NCBI RefSeq assembly: GCF_000195975.1
Contig: NC_005070.1
Span: forward strand, 2,400,001-2,432,000
DNA: 32,000 nt
Direction of reading: 5' to 3'
Source of the DNA: Parasynechococcus marenigrum WH 8102
Lineage (GTDB): Bacteria > Cyanobacteriota > Cyanobacteriia > PCC-6307 > Cyanobiaceae
The translations under genes and the position numbers were made by a program. Below, piece by piece: positions 9,583-17,465 of this stretch. Below the pieces are notes generated by a model, which worked only from the letters and a program-made list of their open reading frames with translations, had not been told where the DNA came from and did no database searches. The stretch's first letter is position 1, and each line of letters opens with the position of its first letter.

Positions 9583-10433
9583 GCGAACACAGCCGTACGG
9601 CCCCGATAGACCATTACCTGACGGTGAAGATGCATCCGCAAAGCCCGCGCCAGTGCCAGCCGTTCGGTGTCGCGTCCCTTGCGGATGAGGTCATCGACAT
9701 CATCACGGTGACTCACGGGCACGGTGGTCTGCTCGATGATCGGCCCGTCGTCGAGGTCCTCGGTCACATAGTGAGCGGTGGCACCAATCAACTTGACCCC
9801 CCGCTCCCAGGCTCGGTGATAGGGCTGCGCGCCCTTGAAGGCCGGCAAAAAGGAGTGGTGGATGTTGATCACATCCGGGAAACGCTGCAGAAAATCACCA
9901 CTGAGCACCTGCATGTACTTGGCGAGCACCGCGAGTTCGATCCGGTTCTCTGCCAACAGCTCCAGCATCCTCTGCTCAGCCTCCGGTTTGGTCGCCTTGG
10001 CGACTGGAACACAGACAAAACAAACCCCGAACCCGGCACAAAGGGGCTCGAGATCCGGGTGGTTGGCGATGACCAGCGGCACCTGCATCGGCAATTCACC
10101 GCTCTGCACCCGCCACAGCAGATCCTGAAGGCAGTGGGCCTGCTTGCTGGCGAAGATCGCCACCCGAGGCATTGCATCGGAAAAGTGCAGCTGAGCCTGA
10201 CCGTTCAGACGCTGCTCCAATGCTGCAGCTGCCTCGGGCAAGGCAGCCCGCGACAGACCGAAGCCATCGAGATCCCACTCGATCCGACTGAGAAACAACC
10301 CTGCCCCCGCATCCGTGTGGTGGTCGGCGTGGCGGATGTTGCCGCCGTTGGCGGCCACCCAACCTGCCAACTCACTGACCAACCCCGGACGATCCGGGCA
10401 GATCATTTGCAGGATCACCGTGACGTCACGCAC
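9579..10433 (-). CDS. purU: Formyltetrahydrofolate deformylase
   Basis: N-terminal ACT domain (ILQMICPDRPGLVSELAGWVAANGGNIRHADHH) plus a formyltransferase core (INIHHSFLPAFKGAQPYHRAWERGVKLIGATAHYV). Start candidates are GTG 10433, GTG 10418 and ATG 10406. The track ORF extension to 10883 overlaps psbQ and is rejected. Confidence 0.9.
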   Translation of the reverse strand: MRDVTVILQMICPDRPGLVSELAGWVAANGGNIRHADHHTDAGAGLFLSRIEWDLDGFGLSRAALPEAAAALEQRLNGQAQLHFSDAMPRVAIFASKQAHCLQDLLWRVQSGELPMQVPLVIANHPDLEPLCAGFGVCFVCVPVAKATKPEAEQRMLELLAENRIELAVLAKYMQVLSGDFLQRFPDVINIHHSFLPAFKGAQPYHRAWERGVKLIGATAHYVTEDLDDGPIIEQTTVPVSHRDDVDDLIRKGRDTERLALARALRMHLHRQVMVYRGRTAVFA

Positions 10434-10505
10434 GACGAAGGTTTGAAAAACAAATTCTCCCGCGCAGAACTGGCTGGTTAAAGTCCTTGAGATTTTTTCC
10501 TGACC

Positions 10506-10955
10506 ATGCTGAAGGCCCTGCGCCGCCTGGCCGCGATCTGCCTCTGCGTCGCGTTGAGCCTGGGTCTGATGGCCCCGGCTGCTGTTAATGCTGCTGGCAT
10601 CAACCCAGATGACCTGGCGGTGATCCGCCGCCAGGCCGCCGCCTTTGAAGCCACCAAGTCCCGTCTGCCTGACCTGGCCCGGTTGGTGAGCGCTGAGGAC
10701 TGGGTGTTCACCCGCAACCTGCTGCATGGTCCGATGCAGGAAGTGGGTCGTGAAATGTCGTACATCAACCAGCGCCTGGATCGCTCTGAGCGCAAAGATG
10801 CCGACAAGATCGCCCGCAAATTGAAAGAAGCCCTTGCAGACCTGGATGAGGCGGCCCGCCTGCAAGACGGCTCCCGTCTGCAACGGTCCTACAGCAACCT
10901 GGCGGCCAGCTTCGACGCTTACTCCGAAGTGATCCCGGCTGAGGCCTTCAGCTGA
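10506..10955 (+). CDS. psbQ: Photosystem II extrinsic protein PsbQ (CyanoQ)
   Basis: 149 aa with an N-terminal signal peptide, then a helical domain with the CyanoQ-like pattern DWVFTRNLLHGPMQEVGREM ... ALADLDEAARLQD ... SYSNLAASFDAY. Assigned from remembered family features, not from a search. Confidence 0.7.
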   Translation: MLKALRRLAAICLCVALSLGLMAPAAVNAAGINPDDLAVIRRQAAAFEATKSRLPDLARLVSAEDWVFTRNLLHGPMQEVGREMSYINQRLDRSERKDADKIARKLKEALADLDEAARLQDGSRLQRSYSNLAASFDAYSEVIPAEAFS

Positions 10956-12040
10956 ACCATCCGATTGCCGTTGTCGGTGCCGGGGCCCTTGGCCTTGGCA
11001 CCGCCTGGCACCTGAACGGCCTTGGCCATCCGGTGACGATCTTTGACCCTGGCCTGACCCAGCCCGTCAGCAGGACAAATTCTTCAACCGATCTCAACGG
11101 CACCACAGCCTCGCTAGGTGTGTTGATGGGACATGTGTTCCGCCGCTCCAGTGGCCGAGGTTGGCGGCTGCGCAGACGCAGCATGGAACTCTGGCCCCAC
11201 TGGATCACCAAGCTGCGGCGCTTCGTCCCGGACCTGGCTCTACAAACCCCGCTGCTGCAAGTTGCTGGTGATGAAGCCACCAGAGTTCGGTTCCACGATC
11301 TGGCCGGACAACGCCAACAGCTTGGTCTGACCACCTTGTCTGCAGCGGAGCTGAACGGGATCTGGCCCGGGGCAGAACACGGTGGATTGCGATCTGAGCA
11401 GGACGGTCGCGTGGATCCCCTGAAGCTGCAGCAATCCCTGCGACTGGCCGTTGGGGAGCTTCAGGTGGGCCTGGTGGCCGAACCTGTGGAGGCCGTGGAG
11501 CGTCATAACGCCGGCTGGCGTGTGTGGAGGGCAGGAGGCCAGCACGACGATTTCTTTGCTGTGGTGATCTGCGCAGCCATGGCCAGCTCAACGCTGCTGG
11601 CCCCCCTGGGTCACGACCGTCCTATGGCACCGGTGCTGGGACAGGCCCTGCGGTTGGAGTTGAACAACGCAGCCATCGACTGGCACCACTGGCCCGCCGT
11701 CCTGGTGGATCAGGGCTTCAACCTGATTCCCGATGGACCGGGTCGATTGCTGCTGGGGGCCACCGTTGAACCGGGCACAGAAGCTGCAGAAGACCCCCTA
11801 GCTCTGATGCGATCCCTGCATGACCAGGCTCCTGACTGGCTGAGGTCCGCCACGGTCGTTGAGCACTGGAGTGGCCTGCGGGCCAGACCAGTGGAGCGGC
11901 CGGCTCCACTCCTTGAACACCTTGAACCTGGTCTGCTGCTGGCGAGTGGTCACTACCGCAACGGCGTGCTGCTGATGCCGGCCAGTGCGGAATGGATCGC
12001 AGCTGAACTGAACCACAACCTTCTGATTACCGGCGCTTAG
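10952..12040 (+). CDS. thiO: FAD-dependent glycine oxidase-like oxidoreductase (ThiO-like); 5' end uses a non-canonical start (CTG 10952 or ATT 10964)
   Basis: Rossmann motif IAVVGAGALGLGTAWHLNGLGHPVTIFD is encoded at 10964-11047, almost entirely upstream of the first canonical start, GTG 11033. C-terminal SGHYRNGVLLMPASAEW is typical of ThiO/DAO-family enzymes. Confidence 0.75.
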   Translation: MNHPIAVVGAGALGLGTAWHLNGLGHPVTIFDPGLTQPVSRTNSSTDLNGTTASLGVLMGHVFRRSSGRGWRLRRRSMELWPHWITKLRRFVPDLALQTPLLQVAGDEATRVRFHDLAGQRQQLGLTTLSAAELNGIWPGAEHGGLRSEQDGRVDPLKLQQSLRLAVGELQVGLVAEPVEAVERHNAGWRVWRAGGQHDDFFAVVICAAMASSTLLAPLGHDRPMAPVLGQALRLELNNAAIDWHHWPAVLVDQGFNLIPDGPGRLLLGATVEPGTEAAEDPLALMRSLHDQAPDWLRSATVVEHWSGLRARPVERPAPLLEHLEPGLLLASGHYRNGVLLMPASAEWIAAELNHNLLITGA

Positions 12041-12100
12041 CGCTGTCTTCCCCTGCACTGCATACGGTCCCGATGGTCACATCCACGTGCATCCAAACCC

Positions 12101-13111
12101 ATGCGTCGTTCCAACAGCTTTCGTGCCCTGGCGGCCATCGCCGGCCTGAGCGCCTCCATGGCTCTCACCTCCTGCTCCAGTGGTGGCAGCGGCGGCGGCG
12201 ATGACAAGGTCACCGGAAAGCTCAACGGCGCTGGCGCCTCCTTCCCGGCAGCCATCTACCAGCGCTGGTTCCAGGAACTCCAGCCGGAGGGCGTCACGGT
12301 GAACTACCAATCCGTGGGATCCGGCGCTGGCGTGCGTCAGTTCATGGCCAACACCGTTGATTTCGGTGCATCGGACAAACCGATGAAGGAAGCCGAAATC
12401 GCCAAGGTGGAGCGAGGTGTGCTGCAGATTCCGATGACGGCTGGAGCGATCGCTGTGGCCTACAACCTCGAAGGGTGTGACCTCAAGCTCACCACCGAGC
12501 AACTGGCAGGAATCTTCCTCGGCAAGATCAAAAACTTCAGTGAACTGGGCTGCGCAGACCAGAAACTCACCGTGGTCCGTCGCTCCGATGGTTCCGGCAC
12601 CACCTACAACTTCACCAAGCACCTGTCCGCCATCAGCGAAGAGTGGAAGAACGGCCCCGGCGCCGCTAAATCCATCAAGTGGCCCACCGGTGTTGGCTCG
12701 AAAGGCAATGAGGGTGTGGCGGCCCAGCTGAATCAGATCCCAGGTGGTGTGGGCTATGTGGAAGCCGCCTACGTAAAAGGCAAGCTCCAGGCTGCAGCCG
12801 TTACCAACGCCTCAGGCGAACAGGTGAAGCCCACCAACGAAACCGAGAGCACTGCCCTCGACTCCATCGACATCGGCCCCGACCTCATCGGTGGCAACCC
12901 CAACCCCCCTGCGGGCTACCCGATCGTGACCTTCACCTGGGTGCTGGCCTACGAAACGGGCAATGGCGACAAGACCGCTGCTCTGAAGAAGACCCTCGAG
13001 TTCATGCTCTCCGAAAAAGCCCAATCCCAGGCTCCCGAGCTGGGCTACGTCAGCCTGCCGACGGGTGTGGTGGAGAAGTCCCTGGCTGCGGTCGAAAAGA
13101 TCAGCGAATGA
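12101..13111 (+). CDS. pstS: Phosphate ABC transporter substrate-binding protein, PstS family (lipoprotein-type, SphX-like)
   Basis: GAGASFPAAIYQRWF, YQSVGSGAGVRQF, VDFGASD and RRSDGSGTTYNFT are PstS phosphate-binding motifs. Signal peptide with lipobox LTSC. Confidence 0.9.
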   Translation: MRRSNSFRALAAIAGLSASMALTSCSSGGSGGGDDKVTGKLNGAGASFPAAIYQRWFQELQPEGVTVNYQSVGSGAGVRQFMANTVDFGASDKPMKEAEIAKVERGVLQIPMTAGAIAVAYNLEGCDLKLTTEQLAGIFLGKIKNFSELGCADQKLTVVRRSDGSGTTYNFTKHLSAISEEWKNGPGAAKSIKWPTGVGSKGNEGVAAQLNQIPGGVGYVEAAYVKGKLQAAAVTNASGEQVKPTNETESTALDSIDIGPDLIGGNPNPPAGYPIVTFTWVLAYETGNGDKTAALKKTLEFMLSEKAQSQAPELGYVSLPTGVVEKSLAAVEKISE

Positions 13112-13137
13112 TCGTGATCTGATCCTTTCCACAACAC

Positions 13138-13167
13138 AAAAAAGGGGCCCGTATGGGCCCCTTTTTT
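13138..13167. terminator. Bidirectional rho-independent terminator shared by pstS (+) and dnaK (-)
   Basis: AAAAAA-GGGGCCC-gtat-GGGCCCC-TTTTTT. The perfect 7-bp GC stem is flanked by an A6 run and a T6 run, so a U-tract follows the hairpin on both strands. Confidence 0.85.
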
Positions 13168-13188
13168 GATGGCTATCGGATCAAGCGA

Positions 13189-15102
13189 TCACTTGGTTTC
13201 CGTGAACTCCGCGTCGATGACGTCATCGCTGGCGTCACCACCGCCGGAGGCCGCGCTTGCTCCAGCGTCGCCACCGGGAGCTGCACCACCAGCAGCAGCA
13301 CCCTCCTGCTGATAAACGGAGGCACCCACGGTGTAGAGCTCCTGCTGCAATTCCTCCAGCAGGGTCTTCATCGCGTCGTAGTCCTCAGCGTTGATGGCCT
13401 CCTGAAGCTTCGTGCGCTTCTCGTCGACCTTGGCCTTGGCATCAGCCTCGACCTTGTCGCCGAGTTCGCCCATCTGCTTTTCAGCCTGATAAACAAGGGT
13501 TTCGGCCTGGTTCTTCAGGTCGATCTTTTCGCGCTTCTCCTTGTCGGCGCTGGCGTTGGCCTCAGCGTCCTTCACCATCTTGTCCACCTCGGAATCCGAG
13601 AGGGTCGACGCACCGGTGATCGAGATCGACTGCTCCTTGCCGCTGCCCTTGTCCTTGGCGGTGACGCTCAGGATGCCGTTGGCGTCGATGTCGAAGGTCA
13701 CCTCGATCTGAGGCACACCCCGGGGAGCCGGAGGAATGCCATCGAGACGGAAGGTTCCCAGGGACTTGTTGTCGGAGGCCATCTCGCGCTCACCCTGGAG
13801 CACGTGAATCTCCACGTTCGTCTGACCATCCACCGCCGTGGAGTAGGTCTCGGTTTTCTTGGTGGGAACCGTGGTGTTGCGGGTGATCATCTTGGTCATC
13901 ACACCACCGAGGGTCTCGACACCCAGGGACAGCGGTGTGACGTCGAGCAGCAGGATGTCTTTGACCTCACCGGCCAGCACACCGCCCTGAATGGCGGCGC
14001 CGACGGCCACCACCTCGTCGGGGTTGACGGTCTGGTTGGGGTCCTTGCTGGTGGTGCGCTTCACCAGCTCCAGCACGGCCGGGATACGGGTGGAACCACC
14101 CACCATCACGATCTCGTCCAGCTCACTGGAGGAGAGCTTGGCGTCCTTGAGCGCCTGCTCCACAGGGATGCGGCAGCGGTCGATCAGGTTGGCGGCCAAC
14201 TCCTCGAACTTGGCGCGGGTGAGGGTGAGGTCCAGATGCTTGGGACCCTCGGGCGTTGCCGTGATGAACGGCAGGTTGATCTCACTCTGCGTGGCGCTGG
14301 ACAGCTCGATCTTGGCCTTTTCGGCCGCCTCAGTCAGACGCTGCAGAGCCTGCTTGTCCTGACGCAGGTCAATGCCTTCGTTCGACTTGAAGGTCTCAGC
14401 CAAGTGATCGACGATCACTTTGTCGAAGTCATCGCCACCCAGGTGCGTATCACCGGAGGTGGAGAGCACCTCAAATACTCCGTCACCCACCTCGAGCACA
14501 GACACGTCGAAGGTGCCGCCGCCCAGATCGAAAACAAGGATGCGCTCGTTGCTCTTCTTGTCGAGGCCATAGGCCAGAGCCGCCGCGGTGGGCTCGTTGA
14601 TGATCCGCAGCACCTCGAGGCCGGCGATCTTGCCGGCGTCCTTGGTGGCCTGACGCTGGGAATCGTTGAAGTAGGCGGGAACAGTGATCACCGCCTGGGT
14701 GACGGTCTCACCGAGATATTTACCGGCGTCCTCGGCCAGCTTGCGTAGCACCTGGGCGGAAACTTCCTCAGGAGCGAATTGCTTGTCGAGAACCGGGCAC
14801 TTCACCTTCACGTTGGAGCCGGCCTTCTCGACGCCGTAGCTCACTTCCTTGGATTCCTCGTTCACCTCATCAACACGACGGCCGATGAAGCGCTTGACGG
14901 AATAAAAGGTGTTGTCCGGATTCATCACCGCCTGACGCTTGGCGATCTGACCGACCAACTGGTCCTGGTTCTTGGTGTAAGCCACGACGGAGGGCGTGGT
15001 CCGGAAACCCTCGGCGTTCGCGATGACGGTGGGTTTGCCACCTTCCATCACGGACACGCAACTGTTCGTGGTGCCAAGGTCAATGCCGACAACCTTGCCC
15101 AT
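13189..15102 (-). CDS. dnaK: Molecular chaperone DnaK (Hsp70)
   Basis: 637 aa. Canonical Hsp70 signatures [27 protein letters not shown]. Gly/Ala-rich acidic C-terminus. Confidence 0.97.
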   Translation of the reverse strand: MGKVVGIDLGTTNSCVSVMEGGKPTVIANAEGFRTTPSVVAYTKNQDQLVGQIAKRQAVMNPDNTFYSVKRFIGRRVDEVNEESKEVSYGVEKAGSNVKVKCPVLDKQFAPEEVSAQVLRKLAEDAGKYLGETVTQAVITVPAYFNDSQRQATKDAGKIAGLEVLRIINEPTAAALAYGLDKKSNERILVFDLGGGTFDVSVLEVGDGVFEVLSTSGDTHLGGDDFDKVIVDHLAETFKSNEGIDLRQDKQALQRLTEAAEKAKIELSSATQSEINLPFITATPEGPKHLDLTLTRAKFEELAANLIDRCRIPVEQALKDAKLSSSELDEIVMVGGSTRIPAVLELVKRTTSKDPNQTVNPDEVVAVGAAIQGGVLAGEVKDILLLDVTPLSLGVETLGGVMTKMITRNTTVPTKKTETYSTAVDGQTNVEIHVLQGEREMASDNKSLGTFRLDGIPPAPRGVPQIEVTFDIDANGILSVTAKDKGSGKEQSISITGASTLSDSEVDKMVKDAEANASADKEKREKIDLKNQAETLVYQAEKQMGELGDKVEADAKAKVDEKRTKLQEAINAEDYDAMKTLLEELQQELYTVGASVYQQEGAAAGGAAPGGDAGASAASGGGDASDDVIDAEFTETK

Positions 15103-15217
15103 CGGTGGCCACCTCCTGAAGGGATGAACGAAACCTCGTCATCTTCATCAGGGGACCCTGCCCCAGGCGAGGTGTGGTTCCCGAACAGGCAGGCTGGGCG
15201 GGCATTCCGACGAGGCC

Positions 15218-16087
15218 ATGATCAACGGCAGCACTGGTTTGGTGGGGCTGCTCGGCAACCCGGTGCAGCACTCGCTCTCTCCTGCGATGCAGAACGCGGC
15301 ACTGCAGGCGCTGGGACTGAACTGGCGTTACCTGGCACTGCCCTGTGAGGAGAACGCTCTCCCTCAAGTGATGGAGGGGCTCAGGGCGGTGGGCTGCCAT
15401 GGCCTGAATGTGACCATCCCCCACAAACAGGCGGTGACCAGCCTCTGCAGCCAACTCAGCACAGCTGCCCGTCGGCTTCAGGCGGTCAACACGCTGATCC
15501 CCGATGGTGAGAATGGCTGGTGCGGCACCAACACAGATGTGGAGGGGTTTTTGGCACCCCTCGGCGGCAGCGAACGCTGGAGAGATCAACGGGCCGTGGT
15601 GCTCGGCTGCGGCGGTTCCGCCCGAGCTGTGGTGGCTGGTTTACAGACCCTTGGCTTGGCATCGATTCAGGTGATCGGACGACGTCCGAAGGCGCTGTTG
15701 AACTTCATTGCTGACCTGCAGCTGGAGGACGCCCCTCTGAGCAGCTGCCTCGAAACAGATCCCGCCGCGGCTGATCTTCTGGCCACAGCTGATCTGGTGG
15801 TGAACACAACGCCGGTGGGCATGGCCCTGCACGGCGACGCCTCCGCCATGCCCCTGGGCTCTGATCTCTGGGACAGGCTTGCGAAGCAGGCCACCCTTTA
15901 TGACCTGATTTACACCCCACGTCCCACCGCCTGGCTGCGTTGGGGTCAGGGGCGGGGGCACCGTTGCATCGATGGGCTGGAAATGCTGGTCCAGCAGGGC
16001 GCCGCATCTCTGAGACTTTGGAGCGGCTTCAATGACGTTCCCGTGGACACCATGCGCCACGCGGCTGAAACCGCTTTAAGCCATTAG
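15218..16087 (+). CDS. aroE: Shikimate 5-dehydrogenase
   Basis: GLLGNPVQHSLSPAMQNAA N-terminal shikimate-binding motif, NVTIPHK, GCGGSARAV NADP-binding loop, YDLIYTP. Confidence 0.92.
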   Translation: MINGSTGLVGLLGNPVQHSLSPAMQNAALQALGLNWRYLALPCEENALPQVMEGLRAVGCHGLNVTIPHKQAVTSLCSQLSTAARRLQAVNTLIPDGENGWCGTNTDVEGFLAPLGGSERWRDQRAVVLGCGGSARAVVAGLQTLGLASIQVIGRRPKALLNFIADLQLEDAPLSSCLETDPAAADLLATADLVVNTTPVGMALHGDASAMPLGSDLWDRLAKQATLYDLIYTPRPTAWLRWGQGRGHRCIDGLEMLVQQGAASLRLWSGFNDVPVDTMRHAAETALSH

Positions 16088-16113
16088 CGTCAGCGAATTC
16101 ATCAGGGCCGACG

Positions 16114-16596
16114 ATGGAACCCCCCCTCTGGCAGCGACTGGTCGCGCCATTGATGTATCTCCTGCCCTGGAGTGATGCCATTCCGCTTGGATTCGGCCCC
16201 GACGGACTGTTTCTTCAGTATCCAGTCCTGCGACCGTTGGTTTTACCTGCATTGCCGCTGATGCAGCTGGAGCGAAGCATTCCCTTCGGTCTCGGGGGCC
16301 TTTTGCTGTTCTTCGTGCTGTTCCTCGCCGTGGTGCGGAATCCAAACGTCCCTTATTTCCTGCGATTCAACGCCCTGCAGGCACTGCTCACCGACATCGC
16401 GCTGATCGTGTTGAGCATCGGCTTCCGCCTGTTGCTGCAACCCATCGCAGCAGGCAGCCTGCTGCTGGGCACCCTGTCCAGCGCCGTGGTCGTTGCCGTT
16501 CTGGCCATCCTGCTCTTCTCGCTCGTGGAATGCCTGCGCGGCCGCGAACCTGATCTGCCCGGCATCAGCCAGGCTGTTCGCATGCAGCTCTATTGA
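16114..16596 (+). CDS. Tic20-like (chloroplast import component 20 family) membrane protein
   Basis: 160 aa, about 4 TM helices. LMYLLPW ... [23 protein letters not shown] resembles the conserved Tic20/cyanobacterial Tic20-like core. Confidence 0.65.
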   Translation: MEPPLWQRLVAPLMYLLPWSDAIPLGFGPDGLFLQYPVLRPLVLPALPLMQLERSIPFGLGGLLLFFVLFLAVVRNPNVPYFLRFNALQALLTDIALIVLSIGFRLLLQPIAAGSLLLGTLSSAVVVAVLAILLFSLVECLRGREPDLPGISQAVRMQLY

Positions 16597-16672
16597 TCCA
16601 GGAGGTCCGGGGGATAAGGTGTTGGATCCGTCGCTCACCACGGTGAGCCTGAAGTCCCCGTCGGCACAGCCC

Positions 16673-17056
16673 ATGACGCTCGATCCGTACTACGAAACCA
16701 TGTACATCCTTCGTCCGGATATTCCGGAGGAGGAGGTTGAGAGCCATCTCACCAAATACCGCGACATGCTGGTCGAAGCTGGCGCGGATGTTCTGGATAA
16801 TCAGATGCGCGGGAAGCGCCGCCTGGCCTATCCGATCGACAAGCACAAGGAAGGCATCTACGTGCAACTGAGCCATAACGGCGATGGCCAGCAGGTGGCC
16901 GTGCTGGAGAAAGCGATGCGCCTCAGTGAAGACGTGATCCGTTACCTCACCGTGAAGCAGGAAGGCCCACTTCCCGCCCCACGCGTCGTACCGGGCAGTG
17001 AGCCCGCTGCTGCTCCTCAGGAGCAGCCCGCTGCCAACTCAGAAGCCGCGTCCTGA
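16673..17056 (+). CDS. rpsF: 30S ribosomal protein S6
   Basis: From ATG 16673: [23 protein letters not shown]...[10 protein letters not shown]...GIYVQL, with an acidic/Pro-rich tail. The 60 upstream codons of the track ORF overlap the Tic20-like gene and are rejected. Confidence 0.92.
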   Translation: MTLDPYYETMYILRPDIPEEEVESHLTKYRDMLVEAGADVLDNQMRGKRRLAYPIDKHKEGIYVQLSHNGDGQQVAVLEKAMRLSEDVIRYLTVKQEGPLPAPRVVPGSEPAAAPQEQPAANSEAAS

Positions 17057-17067
17057 CACGGTTGTGC

Positions 17068-17103
17068 GGGTCATGGACCGGCGATAGCGTCGGTCCATGA
17101 CCC
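17068..17103 (+). other. Very stable stem-loop 12 nt after the rpsF stop (13 perfect bp, extendable to 16 bp with one G-U; tetraloop ATAG), with no U-tract on either strand
   Basis: GGGTCATGGACCGGCG-ATAG-CGTCGGTCCATGACCC read directly. The right arm contains the ATG at 17097. Confidence 0.8.
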
Positions 17104-17129
17104 ATGACGCCAACCAGCATCAAGCTCCG

Positions 17130-17465
17130 ATGCCTCGCTGGATGCCGCAGGCGCCTCGCTCAACAGAGCATCAACTGCTGCAACAACGCATTGATGAACT
17201 GGAAGAGCAGATCAAGGCCTATGAACAACTACTGGATGAACTACCCGAGTTGTTCGAGCGCAAATTCCAACAACGGCTCCAGCCGTTGATCGATCGCTGT
17301 CAACTGCTGAGTCACCAGTTGGACTCCTCCACAAAAAACTCGATTCATCCCGCTCTGCTCCAATCAGAAGAGCAGAGCGGGATTTCGTCTCACAACAATC
17401 TGATGCGACTTCCCCGGTTGCGCTTGCCGAAACTTCCTGGGTTCGGCAAGTGGCGGTCAGCCTGA
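17130..17465 (+). CDS. Hypothetical coiled-coil protein (alternative start ATG 17097 lies inside the hairpin)
   Basis: Open frame with heptad-like amphipathic sequence ([43 protein letters not shown]) and a basic C-terminal tail. GC is lower than its neighbours. It overlaps the argG 3' end by 9 nt and contains a 12-bp hairpin. No family recognised. Confidence 0.45.
   Translation: MPRWMPQAPRSTEHQLLQQRIDELEEQIKAYEQLLDELPELFERKFQQRLQPLIDRCQLLSHQLDSSTKNSIHPALLQSEEQSGISSHNNLMRLPRLRLPKLPGFGKWRSA
17349..17381. terminator. 12-bp perfect hairpin (CCCGCTCTGCTC / GAGCAGAGCGGG, 9-nt loop); candidate argG terminator or processing signal lying inside ORF 17130-17465
   Basis: Inverted repeat read directly. 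On the + strand it is followed by ATTTCGTCT. On the - strand a T6 run begins 11 nt after the stem. It lies 76 nt downstream of the argG stop. Confidence 0.5.

Noticed and set aside
12003-12032. A possible Pho box (three 8-mers with 3-nt spacers) upstream of pstS.
   Set aside because: Matches to the CTTAACCT consensus are only 5/8, 6/8 and 4/8, and the site lies inside thiO coding sequence. That is not distinguishable from chance without a scoring model. It is mentioned only as a candidate inside the pstS finding.
13153-14748. A 531-aa ORF antisense to dnaK. Similar long antisense ORFs are 26671-28029 (452 aa, opposite uvrA), 6687-7811 (374 aa, opposite the rSAM gene), 3254-4168 and 4286-5149 (opposite acnB), 9624-10481 (opposite purU) and 31180-31914 (opposite the ABC1 kinase).
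   Set aside because: Each lies opposite a gene with unambiguous, full-length family signatures. Their translations are low-complexity, Gly/Arg/His/Leu/Val-rich strings without motifs. High GC with GC3 bias depletes stop codons on the antisense strand, and long hsp70-antisense ORFs are a well-known artefact.
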